From the NCBI RefSeq assembly GCF_009914755.1, contig NC_060928.1: 64,000 bases of DNA, one strand, 5' to 3'. Below, in pieces: positions 12,300-26,869 of the stretch. Made by a program: the position numbers and the translations under genes. This stretch comes from the human T2T-CHM13v2.0 reference genome, Homo sapiens. The stretch's first letter is position 1, and the number at the start of each line of letters is the position of its first letter. The notes beneath the pieces were generated by a model. That model was given only the letters and a program-made list of their open reading frames with translations, made no database searches and had not been told where the DNA came from.

Positions 12300-14310
12300 T
12301 ACATTCTTGGCAAGCTTGCCTCTCTGCCTCTGTGTCCTACTTGCTGGCACAAAGTCAACCTTAGTTAAATCTACCACTTCACATATCCCACACCTACGGC
12401 AAACTAGCTCAATGAGACTGGAGAAAAATGCACAGTTGCAACTTCATTCTCAATGCAATTTACATTTACAATTATGTTTTCACCACCAAATATACCAACC
12501 TACCTGCATCTAAACATGCATATTGGCTATTCCCCCTGGTCTTCACTGAGTTCAAACTTTTCATTTGTGCAGCTCACCACCTCACATCTTACTGTTTCAA
12601 GCAATTTGCTCCTACAATTATTCACTCTTCTGCATCATCAAATTTTCCCATCTATTCCATCATTCTGATCAGCAAATGTTTGCTGTACTATTGCCCACAT
12701 TTAAATAGAAGCCTTCCTTTACCTATAACATCTTCTGGCTGCCATTGGAATTGTCTGCCTTCCTTACACTGATATTTCCTTTTATATGTAATGATGTTCC
12801 TTATAAAAATGTGCTCATTATTCCTACTTTTTCAACTCTATTATTTTTGATCCAGCTGCAGTAAGATTTGACCGTCCTCTCCACTAAATCTAATCTTATC
12901 AAATATCTCTATATTGCCAAACCCAGTGGTCAATTCTCAGTCTGCATCTAATTTGATTTTTCAGGAGCTCTTGACAACATTTGACCACACTACCTTCTTC
13001 AATCACTTTATTCACTTGCAATCCAGGAAAGCAAGCTTTTCCTGGTTTTCCTCCTTTTCCCATGGATATCCAGTTTCAATTTCTTTTGGTGTATCTTCTT
13101 TATTTTGGTTATTTCCAATTTTAGGGGATGCTCCAAGATGCTGTCTTCAGCCACTCTCTCTCCAGGTGATTTTAATTTTTTTTTTTTTTTTTTGTCTCCC
13201 AAATGTATGTTTTCAGTTTTGGCCTCTGAGCTTCAAACTCAAGTTTTTCAACATCTCCATTTGGAAATCTAATTATTTCAAAATTAATAAGCCCCAAATA
13301 AAGCTTTTTTTGTCTCCTCTCCATACAAATATTTGTCCCAAGTCTTTACAGACTCATAAATGGCATCTCCACTGTTTCAGTTGCTCAGGTAAGACAACTT
13401 GAAGTCATCCTTGAACTTCTCTCTTTTCCTCACACTTTGAATTGAATTAATTAGCCAATCCTGGTGGCTCTATATTGAAAATATAAAATAAACAAATAAA
13501 TAAATAATTTTTAAAAAGAAAATAGATCTTGGATCTGACCTCACCATCTACTACTGTGGTTCAATTCATAATCATTCCTTATCTGGACTTCCAACTTGTC
13601 TCCCTGAACTCTTGGCTTTCTGCAATCTCTTCTCCACAGAGCAGCCAGGATGAGTTTATTAAAGATTAAATTGCATCATGTCACTCCTCTGCTTAAATCA
13701 TGCTAATAAAATTATAATACAGTTCTAATTTCTTACTATGGTAAACAGGGCTCCTCATGATCTGTTTTTTGGTTTTTTTTTTTTGAGATGGAGTTTTGCT
13801 CTTGTTTCCCAGGCTAGAGTGCAGTGGCACGATCTCAGCTCACTGCGATCTCCGCCTCCTGGATTCAAGTGATTCTTCTGCCTCGGCCTCCTGAGTAGCT
13901 GGGATTACAGGTACGCACCACCACACCCGGCTAATTTTGTATTTTTAGTAGAGATGGGGTTTCTCCATGTTGGTCAGGCTGGTCTCGGGCTCTCGACCTC
14001 AGGTGATCCGCCTGCCTCTGCCTCCCAAAGTGCTGGGATTACAGGCGTGAGCCACCGCACCCAGCTGTGATCTGGTCTTTAACTACTTTAATAAACTTAC
14101 TTGCTATTCCTCCTTCTTGTTACTGTGTTTCAGCAATGCCAAATTTCCTGCTTTTCTGCCAACATAACAAGCTTGTTCCTGCTTCAGGGATTCATATATG
14201 CTATTCCTTCTGCTTAGGGTATACTTTGCTCCGGTCTTCACACTGAGCGTCATCTTTTCATTCATCAAGTTTCTATTCAAATGTTGCCTCCTTGAAGGGT
14301 CTTTCTTGAT
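12300..14310 (+). mobile_element. L2 LINE fragment, interrupted by an Alu
   Basis: ccagtggtcaattctcagtc...catttgaccacac and catgtcactcctctgctta are characteristic L2 segments; boundaries approximate. Confidence 0.7.
13765..14066 (-). mobile_element. AluS (Sp/Sq-like) element
   Basis: gtttctccatgttggtcaggctgg diagnostic; partial TSD tgatctg on both sides. Confidence 0.95.
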
Positions 14311-14724
14311 AGCATAAATGATATGAATATGTGCAAGCTAAAAGTTGTGTTTTAATAAAGCAATTTTTAAACAGAGACGTATGTGACCAATTTGGGGAAG
14401 TATGTTTTATCTCCCTCAAATATGTATTTTTAAATACATTGCCATTTTCAAAGACATTCTTCATATAATGACGAGACCTATCACTGCTACATGAAGAATG
14501 TTTCTACCCTGAAAGCTGAACTTAAGTCTATGTCATTCTCTAATTTAAAAAATTCAGAATTAATGTTTTAAATGTTTCAGAATATATACAAATCCTTAAT
14601 ATAATTTTACAGGTAGGAAATATAATAAAGTTTGAATTTATAAAAGTGTCTTGGTTACAAGACCATCAAATAATAAATAATAAGATACATAATTTCAGAT
14701 CCTGACCCTAAGATTTACATTTAA

Positions 14725-16497
14725 GAGACCCAGAGTAGCCAAAAGAATCCTGAAAAAGAACAAAGTTGAAGGACTTGCACTTCCCCATTTCAAAGTTTAC
14801 TACAAAGCTACATTAATCAAGACAATGTGAAACTTACAGAAAAATAGACACATAGACCAATGGAATGGAACCAAGAGCCCAGCGCTAAACTGATACATTT
14901 ATAATCAATTTATTTTGGGCAAAGGTGTCACGACAATTCAATGAAAAAAGAAGAGTTTTTTTCAACAATGATTCTGGGACAAATAGATATTCACATGCAA
15001 AAGAGTGAAGTTGGACCCCCTCCCCACACCATACACATAAATTAATTCAAAATGGATCATAGGTCTAAATGTAAGAGCTAAAACTATAAAATTCTTAGAA
15101 GAAAATATAGGCCTAAGTCTTCATGACCTGGGATTATGCAAAGCCTTCTTTATTGGTGATTAGGCAAAAGCAAGAAGCACAAAAGAAAAATATATAAATC
15201 AGACTTTATAAAAATTAAAAGCTTTTGTGCTTCAAAAAATATCATCAAGAAAATGAAAAGACTGCCCTCAGAATTAGAGAAGGTATTTGAAAACCAAACA
15301 TCTGATAAGGGATTTGTATCTAGAATACTTAAGGAACTCTTACAACGTAATAATAAAACGACAACCCAATTAAAAACAGGCCATAGACCCAAATAGACAT
15401 TTCTCCAAAGAAAATTTACAGATGGCCAATAAACACAAGAAGAGAGTCTCAGCATTCCTCATACCCACTAAGATGGCTATGGTTGAAAAAAAAAAAAAGA
15501 CACAAAATAAGAGATATTAGTGAGGATGTGACCAAACTGAAATTCTCATAATCTGCCCGTGGGAATGTAAAATGGTGCAGCTGCTTTGGAAAATAGTCTT
15601 GCAGTTTCCCAAAGGTTAAACATAGGAATGCCATGTGACCCAGAAATTCTACTTCTAGTATATGTCTACACAAAAACTTTTACATAAATGTACCTACAGC
15701 CATGAACTGCATAATGATGCTTCAGTCAACAATGGACCACATATATGTTGGTGGTTCCAAAAGATTATGATAAAACTGCCCTTTACAAGTGTACCATTTT
15801 TTCATCTTTTATGCCTTATTTTTACCATACCTTTTCTATGTTTAGATATACAAATACCATTGTGTTACAATTGCCTGCAGTATTCAGTACAGTAACATGT
15901 ACAGGTTTGTAGTCTAAGACCAATACGCAATACCATATAGCCTAGGTGTGTAGTAAGTTATACCATCTAGGTTTGTGTAAGTACCTTCTATGGTGTTGGC
16001 ATAACAACAAAATCACCTAATGATGCATTTCTCATAACATCTGCTTGTTTCATGACTGTAATAGCCAAAAAGTGGAAACAACTCAAATATAGATCAACTG
16101 ATGAAGTAATAAATAAAACGTGGTATATCTATCTATACAATGGAATACGATTCAGCAATAGAAAGGAGCAAAGTACTGCCGCATGCTACAGTGTGGATAA
16201 ACCTGGAAAATATTATTCTAAGTGAAGAAGCCATTGGCAAAAGACAACATATTGTATGATTCAGTAAGTAAATTACTAGTTGCTTAGGACTGCAGTGTGC
16301 CTAAGGAGGGAATAGGGAATGAATACTAATGAGTGTGGTTATTTACTTTTGGAGGTGATAAAAATGTTTTAAAATTGATTGTGGTGATGGTTTCACAACT
16401 CTGTGAACACGCTGAAAACTCATTGAAATATGTATGTTAAATGAGTGAATTGTATAGTTGTGAGTTATATCAATAAAGTTGTTAAAAGCAAAAAATA
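14725..16497 (+). mobile_element. L1MB-type 3' portion (end of ORF2 + 3'UTR), interrupted by Tigger3
   Basis: gacccagagtagccaaaagaatcctgaaaaagaacaaagttg...caataaagttgttaaaa. Confidence 0.85.
15697..16058 (+). mobile_element. Tigger3a/MER7-type non-autonomous DNA transposon
   Basis: TIR cagccatg...catgactg with TA on both sides; internal gtcaacaatggaccacatata. Confidence 0.88.
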
Positions 16498-16795
16498 AAC
16501 ACAAAATGTTAAAATTTAAATTTAAAATTTAAATAACACATCTTGGATATGTTATTATAGTTTTGTTTGTTTTCCTACTTTATAGCTTTTTGTATTGCCT
16601 AAATTTTTGTAATAACAGTATTAAAATCACATAAAATAGTTACTTCTAGTTTGAAAAATATTAATTTATTCAAGTATTAACTGAGTATCAGAAAAAGATA
16701 TTATCAAATAAACATTATTAAGAAAACTAAGAACAAATGTGATTTGAATTTTGCTTTTTCAGTTTATTTCTGTTACTTAAATTTATGAGTTTCTT

Positions 16796-17106
<311 letters not shown>

Positions 17107-17394
17107 TGAATTTCTTGTGACTTATTCAACTAACAATATGTCTTTATAAGTTTTAAGTTAATGCTAATGTATTTAGTTCTCACTGAAATATACTTATTAG
17201 GTTGCAAATCTCTTTGGGATTACTTATCTATTTAATCCAAATAAACCAATTAGATTTCTGGTCCTGGTTTATTAAAATTGAAAACCCATTTCATATTGAA
17301 CAGATATTATTATGGTAATTATAACTCCTTCAATTTTGATTTAAAAGTTAGTTTAAAAGATATTTAACTTGAGGTCTACAGCACAATTTTATAG

Positions 17395-17722
17395 CAGCAG
17401 TCCCCAGTCTTTTGGCACCAGGAACCGGTTTCATGGAAGACAATTTTCCAAGGATGGGGATGGTTTCAAGATGAAACTGTTCCACCTCAGATTATCAGTC
17501 ATTAGATTCTCATAAGAAGCACACAACCTGCATCCCTCAAATGCTCAGTTCACAATAGGGTTCAGCTGTTTTGAGAATCGAATGCCGTCACTGATCTGAC
17601 AGGAGGCAGACCTCAGGGAGTAATGCTCACTGGCCTGCAGCTCACTTCCTGCTGTGTGGCCGGCTTCCTAACAGGCCGTGGATAGGTACTGGTTTGCGGC
17701 CTGAGGGTTGGGGAAATCCCTG
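17395..17722 (+). mobile_element. MER1B (hAT-Charlie) DNA transposon
   Basis: cagcagtccccagtctttttggcaccagg...gttggggaaatccctg; 8-bp TSD ttttatag/ggttatag. Confidence 0.9.
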
Positions 17723-17846
17723 GGTTATAGGATACATGCAAATAAGAAAATAGTTACTTTAGTGAAGCAAATTAACATATCCATCATCTCACATACTTAC
17801 CCATTTTCTTGTTGTTTCTGCGGCAAGAGCAGCTAAAAGCTACTAA

Positions 17847-18358
<512 letters not shown>

Positions 18359-18596
18359 TGAGATCATGCAGTATTTTTCTTTCTTTGTCTGGCTTATTTC
18401 ACTTAGCATAATGTCCTCCAGGCTCATCCGCATAGTGGCAAATGGCAAGATCTCACTCTGTTTTAGGCCTGAATAATTTTATTGCATATATGTGCCACAG
18501 TTTTCTTATCCATTCATCCACCAGTGGACACTTACTTAGGTTGTTTCTAAATCTTGGCTATTTGGGATAATGCTGCAATGAACACGAGAGTGTACA

Positions 18597-19610
18597 TTTT
18601 TTTTCTTTTTAAAAATAAACCTCTTTTTTCCTTGTTTCTTATTTATTTTTTACTTTTATTTTAGCTTCATAGGTACATGTGCAGATTGTTATATAGGTAA
18701 ATTGCATGTTGTGGGGGTTTGGTGTACAGATTATTTCATCAGCCTGGTAATAATTTTAGTATCTGATAGATAGTTTTTCAATCCTCACCCTTCTCCTACT
18801 CTCCACTCTCAAGTAAGCCCCAGTGCCTATACCCTTCTTTGTGTCCATGTGTACTCAATGTTTTAGCTCCCACTTATAAGTGATAACATGAAATATTTGG
18901 TTTTCTGTTCCTGCATTAGTTCCCTTAGGATAATGGCCTCTAGCGCCACCCATGTTGCTGTAAAGGACATGATCTCATTCTTTTTTTATGGCTGTGTAGT
19001 ATTCCATGGTGTATATATGTACCACCTTTCCTTTATCCAGTCTACTGTTGATGGGCATTTGATCTAAGCTGATTCCATGTCTTTGCGATTGAATAGTATT
19101 GTGATGAATATATACATGCATGTGTCTGTTCCCAGGCATTGTGACTGCAGACTTTTTTGGGGCTATGGCACTGCTGCCAGTCTGTTCTGGGGTCCAAGGC
19201 TTGTAGAGGTCCCTGTGCACTTGAGAGTCGCCTCCGCAAAAACTCTGGGTGGCTCTCTGCCTCAGTTTAGAAGTATGGGGGGTTGCTGTGGGGAAGGCAG
19301 TGTGAGGTGGGGGTGGGCAGGGGAATGTTCCTCTTCCCAGGGTTGCACAGATGTCTTTGGAGAGTGTAAATCTCCCCAGGGGGTCTCGCTTACTCACCTG
19401 TTCCTGCATTGGGGAGCTTCTCCTGGATCTGCATTGATCCCAGTTGGGCTGCCCAGCTTAACTCCTCTATGCTCTCTGGGTCCCCTTGATGCCTTGATGG
19501 AGCCTGGCATAAGTTCTTAGATGATCTACTTATAGGGTCAGTGTTCGCTAGCCTTTTGTTTCCTCCCTGTTAGAGAGGCACACATGAGCTGTTTCTAGTC
19601 TGCCATCTCC
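18597..19610 (-). mobile_element. Old L1PA (L1PA13-16-like): 5'UTR segment fused directly to the 3' end
   Basis: A-tail/3'UTR/ORF2 end at 18597-19127; GC-richer 5'UTR-like block 19128-19610 ending ctagtctgccatct; flanks gagagtgt/gtgagtgt. Confidence 0.75.
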
Positions 19611-21039
19611 GTGAGTGTGTCTTTATAAGGTGCCTTCATTTCCTTAGAGTATATGCCCAGAAGAGAGATTACTGGGTCATATAGTAGTTCTATATTCTTA
19701 ATATTTTTTAGAAAGCTCCATACTGTTTTTTGTAATGGCTGTATCAATCTACATTCCCACCAACAGTGTGCTAGGGTTCCTTTTTCTCCACACTCTTACC
19801 AACATTTGTTGTCTTTTGGCTTTTTGATAATAACCTGTGAGGTGGTATTTCGCAGTGCCTTTGATTTGTATTTGCCTCATGATTAATGATGTTGAGTACC
19901 TTTTCATGTACCTGTTGGAGAGTTTTACATCTTCTTGGAGAAATGTCTCTCCAAATCTTTTGCCAGTTTTTTAAATTGGGTTGGTTTTTCACTACTGAGT
20001 TGTACAAATTCTTTATAAATGTTAAATGTTGACTGCTTATCTGATACATGGTTTGCAAATATTTTTTCCTAATCTGTAGGCTGCCATTTTATTTGATTGC
20101 TTCCTTTGCTGTGCACAAGTAATCCTATATATTTATTTTTGCTTTTGTGGGCTGAGGTTTTGGTGCTCTTAATATATCCAAAAAAATCATTGCCAAGGCC
20201 AATCAATGTCCAGCAGGTTTCCGCCTATGTTCTATTCCAGGAGTTTCTGGTTTCATATTTAGGTAGTTTCATCCATTTGGATTGATTTTTCTATTTGGTG
20301 TAAGAGAGGGGTCCTATTTCATTATTTTACATGTGGAAAGCCAGTTTCCCAGCTCCATTTACTTAAGAGACTATCTGATTGCCCCATGTGTCCTCTGGAT
20401 GCCCTTGTTGAAAATTAGTTGGTCATGTATGTTTGGATTTATTTCTGGTGCCTACATTCTGTTCCATTGGTCTATGTGTCTTCTATGTCAGTATCATAAT
20501 GTTTTGTTTACTACATATTTTTAATATAATTGTAAATCAGGGAGTATGATGCCTCTAGCTGATTTTTTTCCTCAGAATTCAAATTTGGGTTTTTAAAAAA
20601 ATAGTTCCGTATGAAGTTTATGATTGTTTTTTCTATTTATGTAAAGAATGTAACTGGAATTTTGATAGGGATTGAGTTGAATCTGTATATTGTTTTAGGT
20701 AGCATGGCCATTTTAACAATGTTAGTTCTTCTGGTCCATGAACATAAACATCTTCCCATTTATTTGTGTCTACTTCAATTTATTTCATCAATATTTTACA
20801 GTTTTCAGTGTATAGATCTTTTACCTTCTGGGTTACATTTATTCCTAGATATTTTTGATGCTATTGTAGTTGTTTTTGATGTTATTGGGATTGTTTTCTT
20901 GATTTCTTTTTTAGTTAGGTGGTTATTTGTGCGTAAAAATGCTGCTGATTTTTGTGATTTGGTTTTGTATCCTGTAAGTTTAGTAGTTCTAACTTTACTA
21001 GATGCTTATTAGTTCTAACAGATTTTTGTGGAATCTTTG

Positions 21040-21153
21040 GATATATACATACATATATATACACACATATATACATATATGGATATATATACACACATAT
21101 ATATGTATATGTATATACACACACATATATGTGTGTGTATATATATATATATA
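21040..21153. repeat. Compound (TA)/(CA)/(TG) microsatellite
   Basis: atatatacatacatatatatacacac...gtgtgtatatatatatat. Confidence 0.95.
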
Positions 21154-23089
21154 TGACCATGCCATCTGCAAACAGATAATTTTACTTCTGCCTTTTTGGA
21201 TTTAGATGCCTTTTATTTTTCTTGTCTGATTTCTCTTGCTAGTATTTCTACTACTACATTGAATAGAAGGTGTAGGAGTTGGCATCCCTGTCTTGTACCA
21301 GATCTGAGTGGAAAAGTGTTCAGTGGTTCCTCGTTGATTATGATGTTAGCTGTATTTTTTCATAAATAACCTTTATTATTTTGAGAAACTCTATTTCTAT
21401 AACTAAATTGTTGAGAGTTTTTATAAAGAAATGATGTTAGCTTTTGTTAAATGCCTTTATTGTGTCAGTTGAGATAATCATGAGGTTTTTATCTCTCATT
21501 CTGTAATGTGACATATCGCATTGATTTGTATTTGTTAAATCATTCTTGCATGTAAGGAATTAATCTCACTTGGTCATGGTGATGATTTACATCCTTTTAA
21601 TATCTTGTTAGATTCAGTTTTCTAATATTTTATTGAGCATTTTTTCATTAAAGTTCATCAGAGAAATTGGCCTGTGGTTTTCTTTTCTTGTGATGACTTA
21701 GGTATCATGGTGATGTTGGCTTCATAAAATGTGTTTGGAAGGATTTCTTCTAACTCTATTTTTTTGGAAGAGTTTAAAAAGTATTCCTATTAAATCTTCT
21801 TTGAATGTTTGGTAGAATTCAGCCATGAGGCTACCTGGTCCTGCGCCATTTTTTTGTAGGGAGCTTTTTTTTTTTTTAAATTACTTACTCAATCTCTTAT
21901 TACTGGTCTGTTCAGGCTTTCTGTTTTACTCTAACTCAATCCTAGTAGGTTGTGGGGTTAGTTTTTTTTTTTAGAAATTCATCCTTTTCTTCTACATTAT
22001 CTAATTGTTGTCATATAATTGTTCACAATAGTCCCTTATTATCCTTTTTGTTTTTGAGGTGTCTGTTGCAATTTTTGCACTTTCATTTATTTTATTTGTT
22101 TGAGTCTTCTTTCCTTTTTTCTTAGACTAGCAAAGGGTTAGAAATTTAGAAATGAACAACTCATAGTTGTATTGATCCTGTGGTTTTACTGTTCTCTATT
22201 TATTTCTGTTCTGATTTATATTATTTTGTTCCTTCTGCTAATTTTGGGTTTACTTTGATCTTTGAAGGCGAGGTGCTGAGTCAATTGTGGCACAGGGAGG
22301 TGTGATTGCTTCATTGTACTAGAGGCATGAGGTCCATGGGGGAAGGGGTTTCACTTCAGCTTCAGTGCAGGGGCATAACTGCTTTGGTATACAGGAGGCC
22401 TGAGGTCCCTAAGGGCTGAAGACTATAAATCATACACCAGGACAGTCCCAGACAATATGGTATTTATTGACGCCCTGAATATATCTGTGCATTTGATCTT
22501 TCCGTATATCCCATAGGCATTTCAAACTTAATACCTCTCATAGTGAGCTCATCTCCCTTCCATCGTCATGCTGAAATTCACCCTATCCCCATACCTTTAT
22601 ACAGAGTGTGGCTCTAGCTTGAACAGGCTTCTTACTTACAGAATGTATAGCTGTGCAAATCCCCCAAAATTGTGAATGTGGGAGATTATTTCACACAAGT
22701 AGATCATTTCTAACCCCTATTCACTGCAATCACTAGGGTATGTGGGAATGAACTACTCCCTAGTGATTAAAACAGGTTCTATTGAGACCCTGGAAACTGC
22801 TGGCCTAAGAATACAAACCATGCTTTCAGATTATTTGGGTGTGCTGACCCACCTTTCAGGCAGCTCTGGTGTCAGCACTTCTTGGGCACCTTCCCTGATG
22901 CCCCCAGCCTATAGCTGCTGCCCATCTCCTATGCTCCCACAGCATTCTGTGCATATAAACATGTAGCACTAGTCAATGCTGTGAGTTTGTCTACCTAACA
23001 GGTAGATTATGAGCTCCTTTTAAAAGAGTCTGAGTTCTCTAGGAGCCATTTATCTAGCTCTGAATAAATACCTGTTTAATTCATTTCTT

Positions 23090-24001
23090 TCTCTCTCTCT
23101 CTTTTTTTTTTTTTTTTTACTTGTAAGTTCAGGGGTATATGTGCAAGATGTGCAGGTTGGTTACATAGGTAAACATGTGTCATGGAGGTTTGTTGTACTG
23201 ATTATTTTATCACACAAGTATTAATCCTAGTACCATTAGTTATTTTTCCTGAATTTCTCCCTCCTCCCTCCCTCCTCCCTTTGATAATCCCCAATGTGTG
23301 TTGTTCCCCTCTATTTGTCCATATGTTCTCATCATTCAGCTCCCACTTATAAGTGAAAACATGCAGTATTTGGTTTTCTGTTCCTGCATTAGTTTGCTAA
23401 GGATAATGGCATCCAGCTCCATCCATGTCCTTGCAAAGGACATGATCTCATTCTTTCTCATGGCTGCATAGTATTCCACAGTGTATATGTACCACATTTT
23501 CTTTATGTAGTCTATCATTGATGGGTATTTGGGTTGATTCCATGTCTTTGTTATTGTCAATAGTGCTGCAATGAACATGGATGTACATGTGTCTTTATAA
23601 TAGAATGATTTATATTCCTTTGGATATATATTCAGTAATAGGATTGCTGGGTTGAATGGTATTTCTGACTTTAGGTCTTTGAAGAATTGCCACACTTTGT
23701 CTTCCACAATGAAAATTTTTGCAAACTATGCATCTGAAAGAGTTTTGAAATTTGCATCTCATATCCAGCATCTATAATAAACTTAAAGTTACAAACATAC
23801 ACTAAAAAGTAGGCAAAGGGAATGAACAGACTCTTTTCAAAAAAAGACATACACATGGCCAACAAACATGAGAAGAAAAGCTCAACATCACTGACCATTA
23901 GAGAAATGCAAATCAAAACCACAATGAGATACCATCTCACACTATTCAGAATGGCTACTATTAAAAAGTCAAAAAATAACAGATGCTGGAGAGGATGTGG
24001 A
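23090..24001 (-). mobile_element. 5'-inverted (twin-primed) L1PA insertion
   Basis: Antisense 3' end 23090-23711, sense ORF2 segment 23712-24001; TSD taattcatttctt at 23077 and 24002. Confidence 0.9.
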
Positions 24002-24492
24002 TAATTCATTTCTTAATAGGAAGTAAACCCAAAAGCTTATAATGACTAATGACTATCTATCAAAAGTAGAGGAATTGTTATAGCTACAAAAGGACATAGA
24101 AATAGTAGCAAGAGAGAAACGTGGATTTAAAAAGTAAGTGAAATCCATCTATGGGCAAGCCTACAGAATAAAGAATTTGAATATTCTGAACATTGTTTCT
24201 TTTGTCTATTTGATTTTAATATAGCTTTCATTGTACTTTTTAAAGACTGTAAACATATCATTGAAGCAAACTGGAAAAATACCAATAAATATAGAGAAAA
24301 ATTTAAAATTTTTCATACTTCCATCATTAGTATACTACCACTTGTAATACTTTGAGGGATTTCTTTCTAGTATATATTTATTTATAAACACACACACATA
24401 TATATGCACAAATACATACATACACATCATACATACATACACATTCTTTCCTTCTCTATTTATTATATACTATATAAGTTCTTATAGGTCAT

Positions 24493-26845
24493 TGTATTAG
24501 TTCGCTTTCACATTGCTATAAGGAACTACCCGAGACTGGATAATTTATGAAACAAGGAGGTTTCATTTACTTACAGTTACATATGCTGTACAGGAATCAT
24601 GGCTGAGGAGGCCTCAGGAAACTCACAATCATGGCAGAATGTGAAGGGGAAGCAGGCATATCTTCACGTGGTGAATCAGGAGAGAGACCAAAAGGGGAAG
24701 TGTTACACACTTTTAAACAACCAGATCTCATGAAAATTTACTCACTATCATGAGAACAGCAAGGGGAAAGTCCACTACCATGATTCAATCACCTTCCACC
24801 AGGCACCTCCTCAAACATGGGAGATTACAATTTGACATGAGATTTGGTGGGGAGAACAGAGCTAAACCATATCATTTTGCCCTGCTCCCCCCACAAATCT
24901 CATGTACCTCTCACATTTCAAAACACAATCACGCCTTCCCAACAGTCCCCCAAAGTCTTAACTAATTTCAGCATTAACTCAAAAGTCCATAGTCCAAGTC
25001 ACACCTGAGACAAGGCAAGTCCCTTCCACCTAAAAACCTGTAAAATAAAAAACAAGTTAGTTACTTCCAAAATGCAATGTGGATAGAGACATTGGGTAAA
25101 TACATTCCAAGAGGTAGAAATCAGCCAAAACAAAGGGGCTACAGGCCACATGCAAGTCTAAAACCCAGCAGGGCAGTCATTAAATCTCAAAGCCCCAAAA
25201 TGATCTCCCTTGACTGCACGTCTCACATCCAAACCACACTGATGCAAGGAGTGGGCTCCTAAGGCCTTGGGCAGCTCTGCCTCTGCCACTCTGCAGGGTA
25301 CCACCACCTCAGCTGTTTTCACAGGCTGGCATTGACCTGAGGCTTTTCCAGATGCATGGTGTAAGCTGTCAGTGGATCTACCATCTGGGGATCTGGAGGA
25401 TGGTGGTCTTCTTCTCACAGCTCCACTAGGGAGTGCCCCAGTGGGGACTCTGAGTGGGAGCTCCAACCCCACATTTCTCCTTCACACTGACCTAGTAGAA
25501 GTTCTCCATGAGGGCTCTGCCCCTGCAGCACACTTCTGCCTGGATATCCAGGTGTTTTCATACATCCTCTGAAACCTAGGCAGAGGCTCCCAAACCTCAA
25601 CTCTTGCCCTATGCACACCCGCAGTCTTAACACCACATGCAAGCTGACAAGGCTGGGGCTTGCACCCTCTCAAGCAGTGGCCTGAGAATATCTGTGGCCC
25701 TTTTAGCCACAGCTGGAGCTGGTACAGCTGGGATGCAGGGCATTATGTCCCAAAGTTGTGCAGGGCAGTGGGGTCCTGTGCCTGGCCCACAAAACCTTTC
25801 TTCCCTTCTCAGGCCTATGATGGGAGGGGCTGCCACAAAGATCTCTGAAATGTCTTCAAGGCATTTTCCCCAATGTCTTGGCTATTATAATAACATTTGG
25901 TTCCTCTTTATTTGTACAAATTTCTCCATCCAGCTTGTATTTCTCCTCAGAAAATGGGTTTTTCTTTTCTATCACATGGCCAGGCTGCAAATTTTTCAAA
26001 TTTTTATGTTCTGCTTCCCTTTTAAATATAAGTTCCATTTTCAGATCATCTCTTTGCTCACAAATATAAGCATATGCTATTAGAAGCAGCCAGATGACAT
26101 TTTGAACACATTACTGCTTAGAAATTGCTTCCACCAGATACCCTAAATCATCTCTCTCAAGTTCAAAGTGTCATAGATCTCTAGGGCAGGGGCACAATGC
26201 TGCCAGTCTCTTTGCTAAAGCATAGCAGGAAGTCACTTTACTCTGCTTCTCAATAAGTTCCTCATCTCCATCCGAGACCACCTCAGTCTGGACTTCATTG
26301 TCCATATCACTACAATTTAACAAGTCTCTAGAAAGTTTCAAACTTTCCTTCATCTTCCTGTCTTCTTCTGAGCCCTCCAAACTGTTCCAACCTCACCCCA
26401 TTACCCAGATCCAAAGTTGCTTCAAAGATCTAAAGATATTTTCAGGTATCTTTATAGCAATGCCCCCACTCTCCTGGTACCAATTTGTATTTGTCCCACA
26501 TTGCTATAAAGAACTACTTGAGACTAGGTAACTTATGAAACAAAGAAGTTTAAGTTACTCATAGTTCCACAGGCTATATAAGAAGCATGGCTGGGGAGGC
26601 ACCAGGAAACTTACAATCATGGCAGAATGTGAAAGGGAAGCAGGCAGATCAGGAGAGATAAAGTGAAGGAGGATGTGCTGCACACTTTTGAACAACCAGA
26701 TTTCATGAGAACGCACTATCATGAGAACAACAAGGAGGAAGTCCACCACCATGATTCAATTACCTCCCACCCGGCCCTTCCTCTAACACTGGGGATTACA
26801 ATTCAACATGACATATGGGTGGGGACACAGAACCAAACCATATCA
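24493..26845 (-). mobile_element. Complete THE1D-like MaLR LTR retrotransposon (LTR 24493-24874, internal 24875-26485, LTR 26486-26845)
   Basis: Two direct LTRs tgtatt...ccatatca; THE1-int sequence between; 5-bp TSD gtcat/gacat. Confidence 0.92.
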
Positions 26846-26869
26846 GACATTCTAAGCAAATTAATTGGC

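Noticed and set aside
20915-21205. Tyr/Ile-rich ORFs on both strands
   Set aside because: Translations of a TA/CA microsatellite
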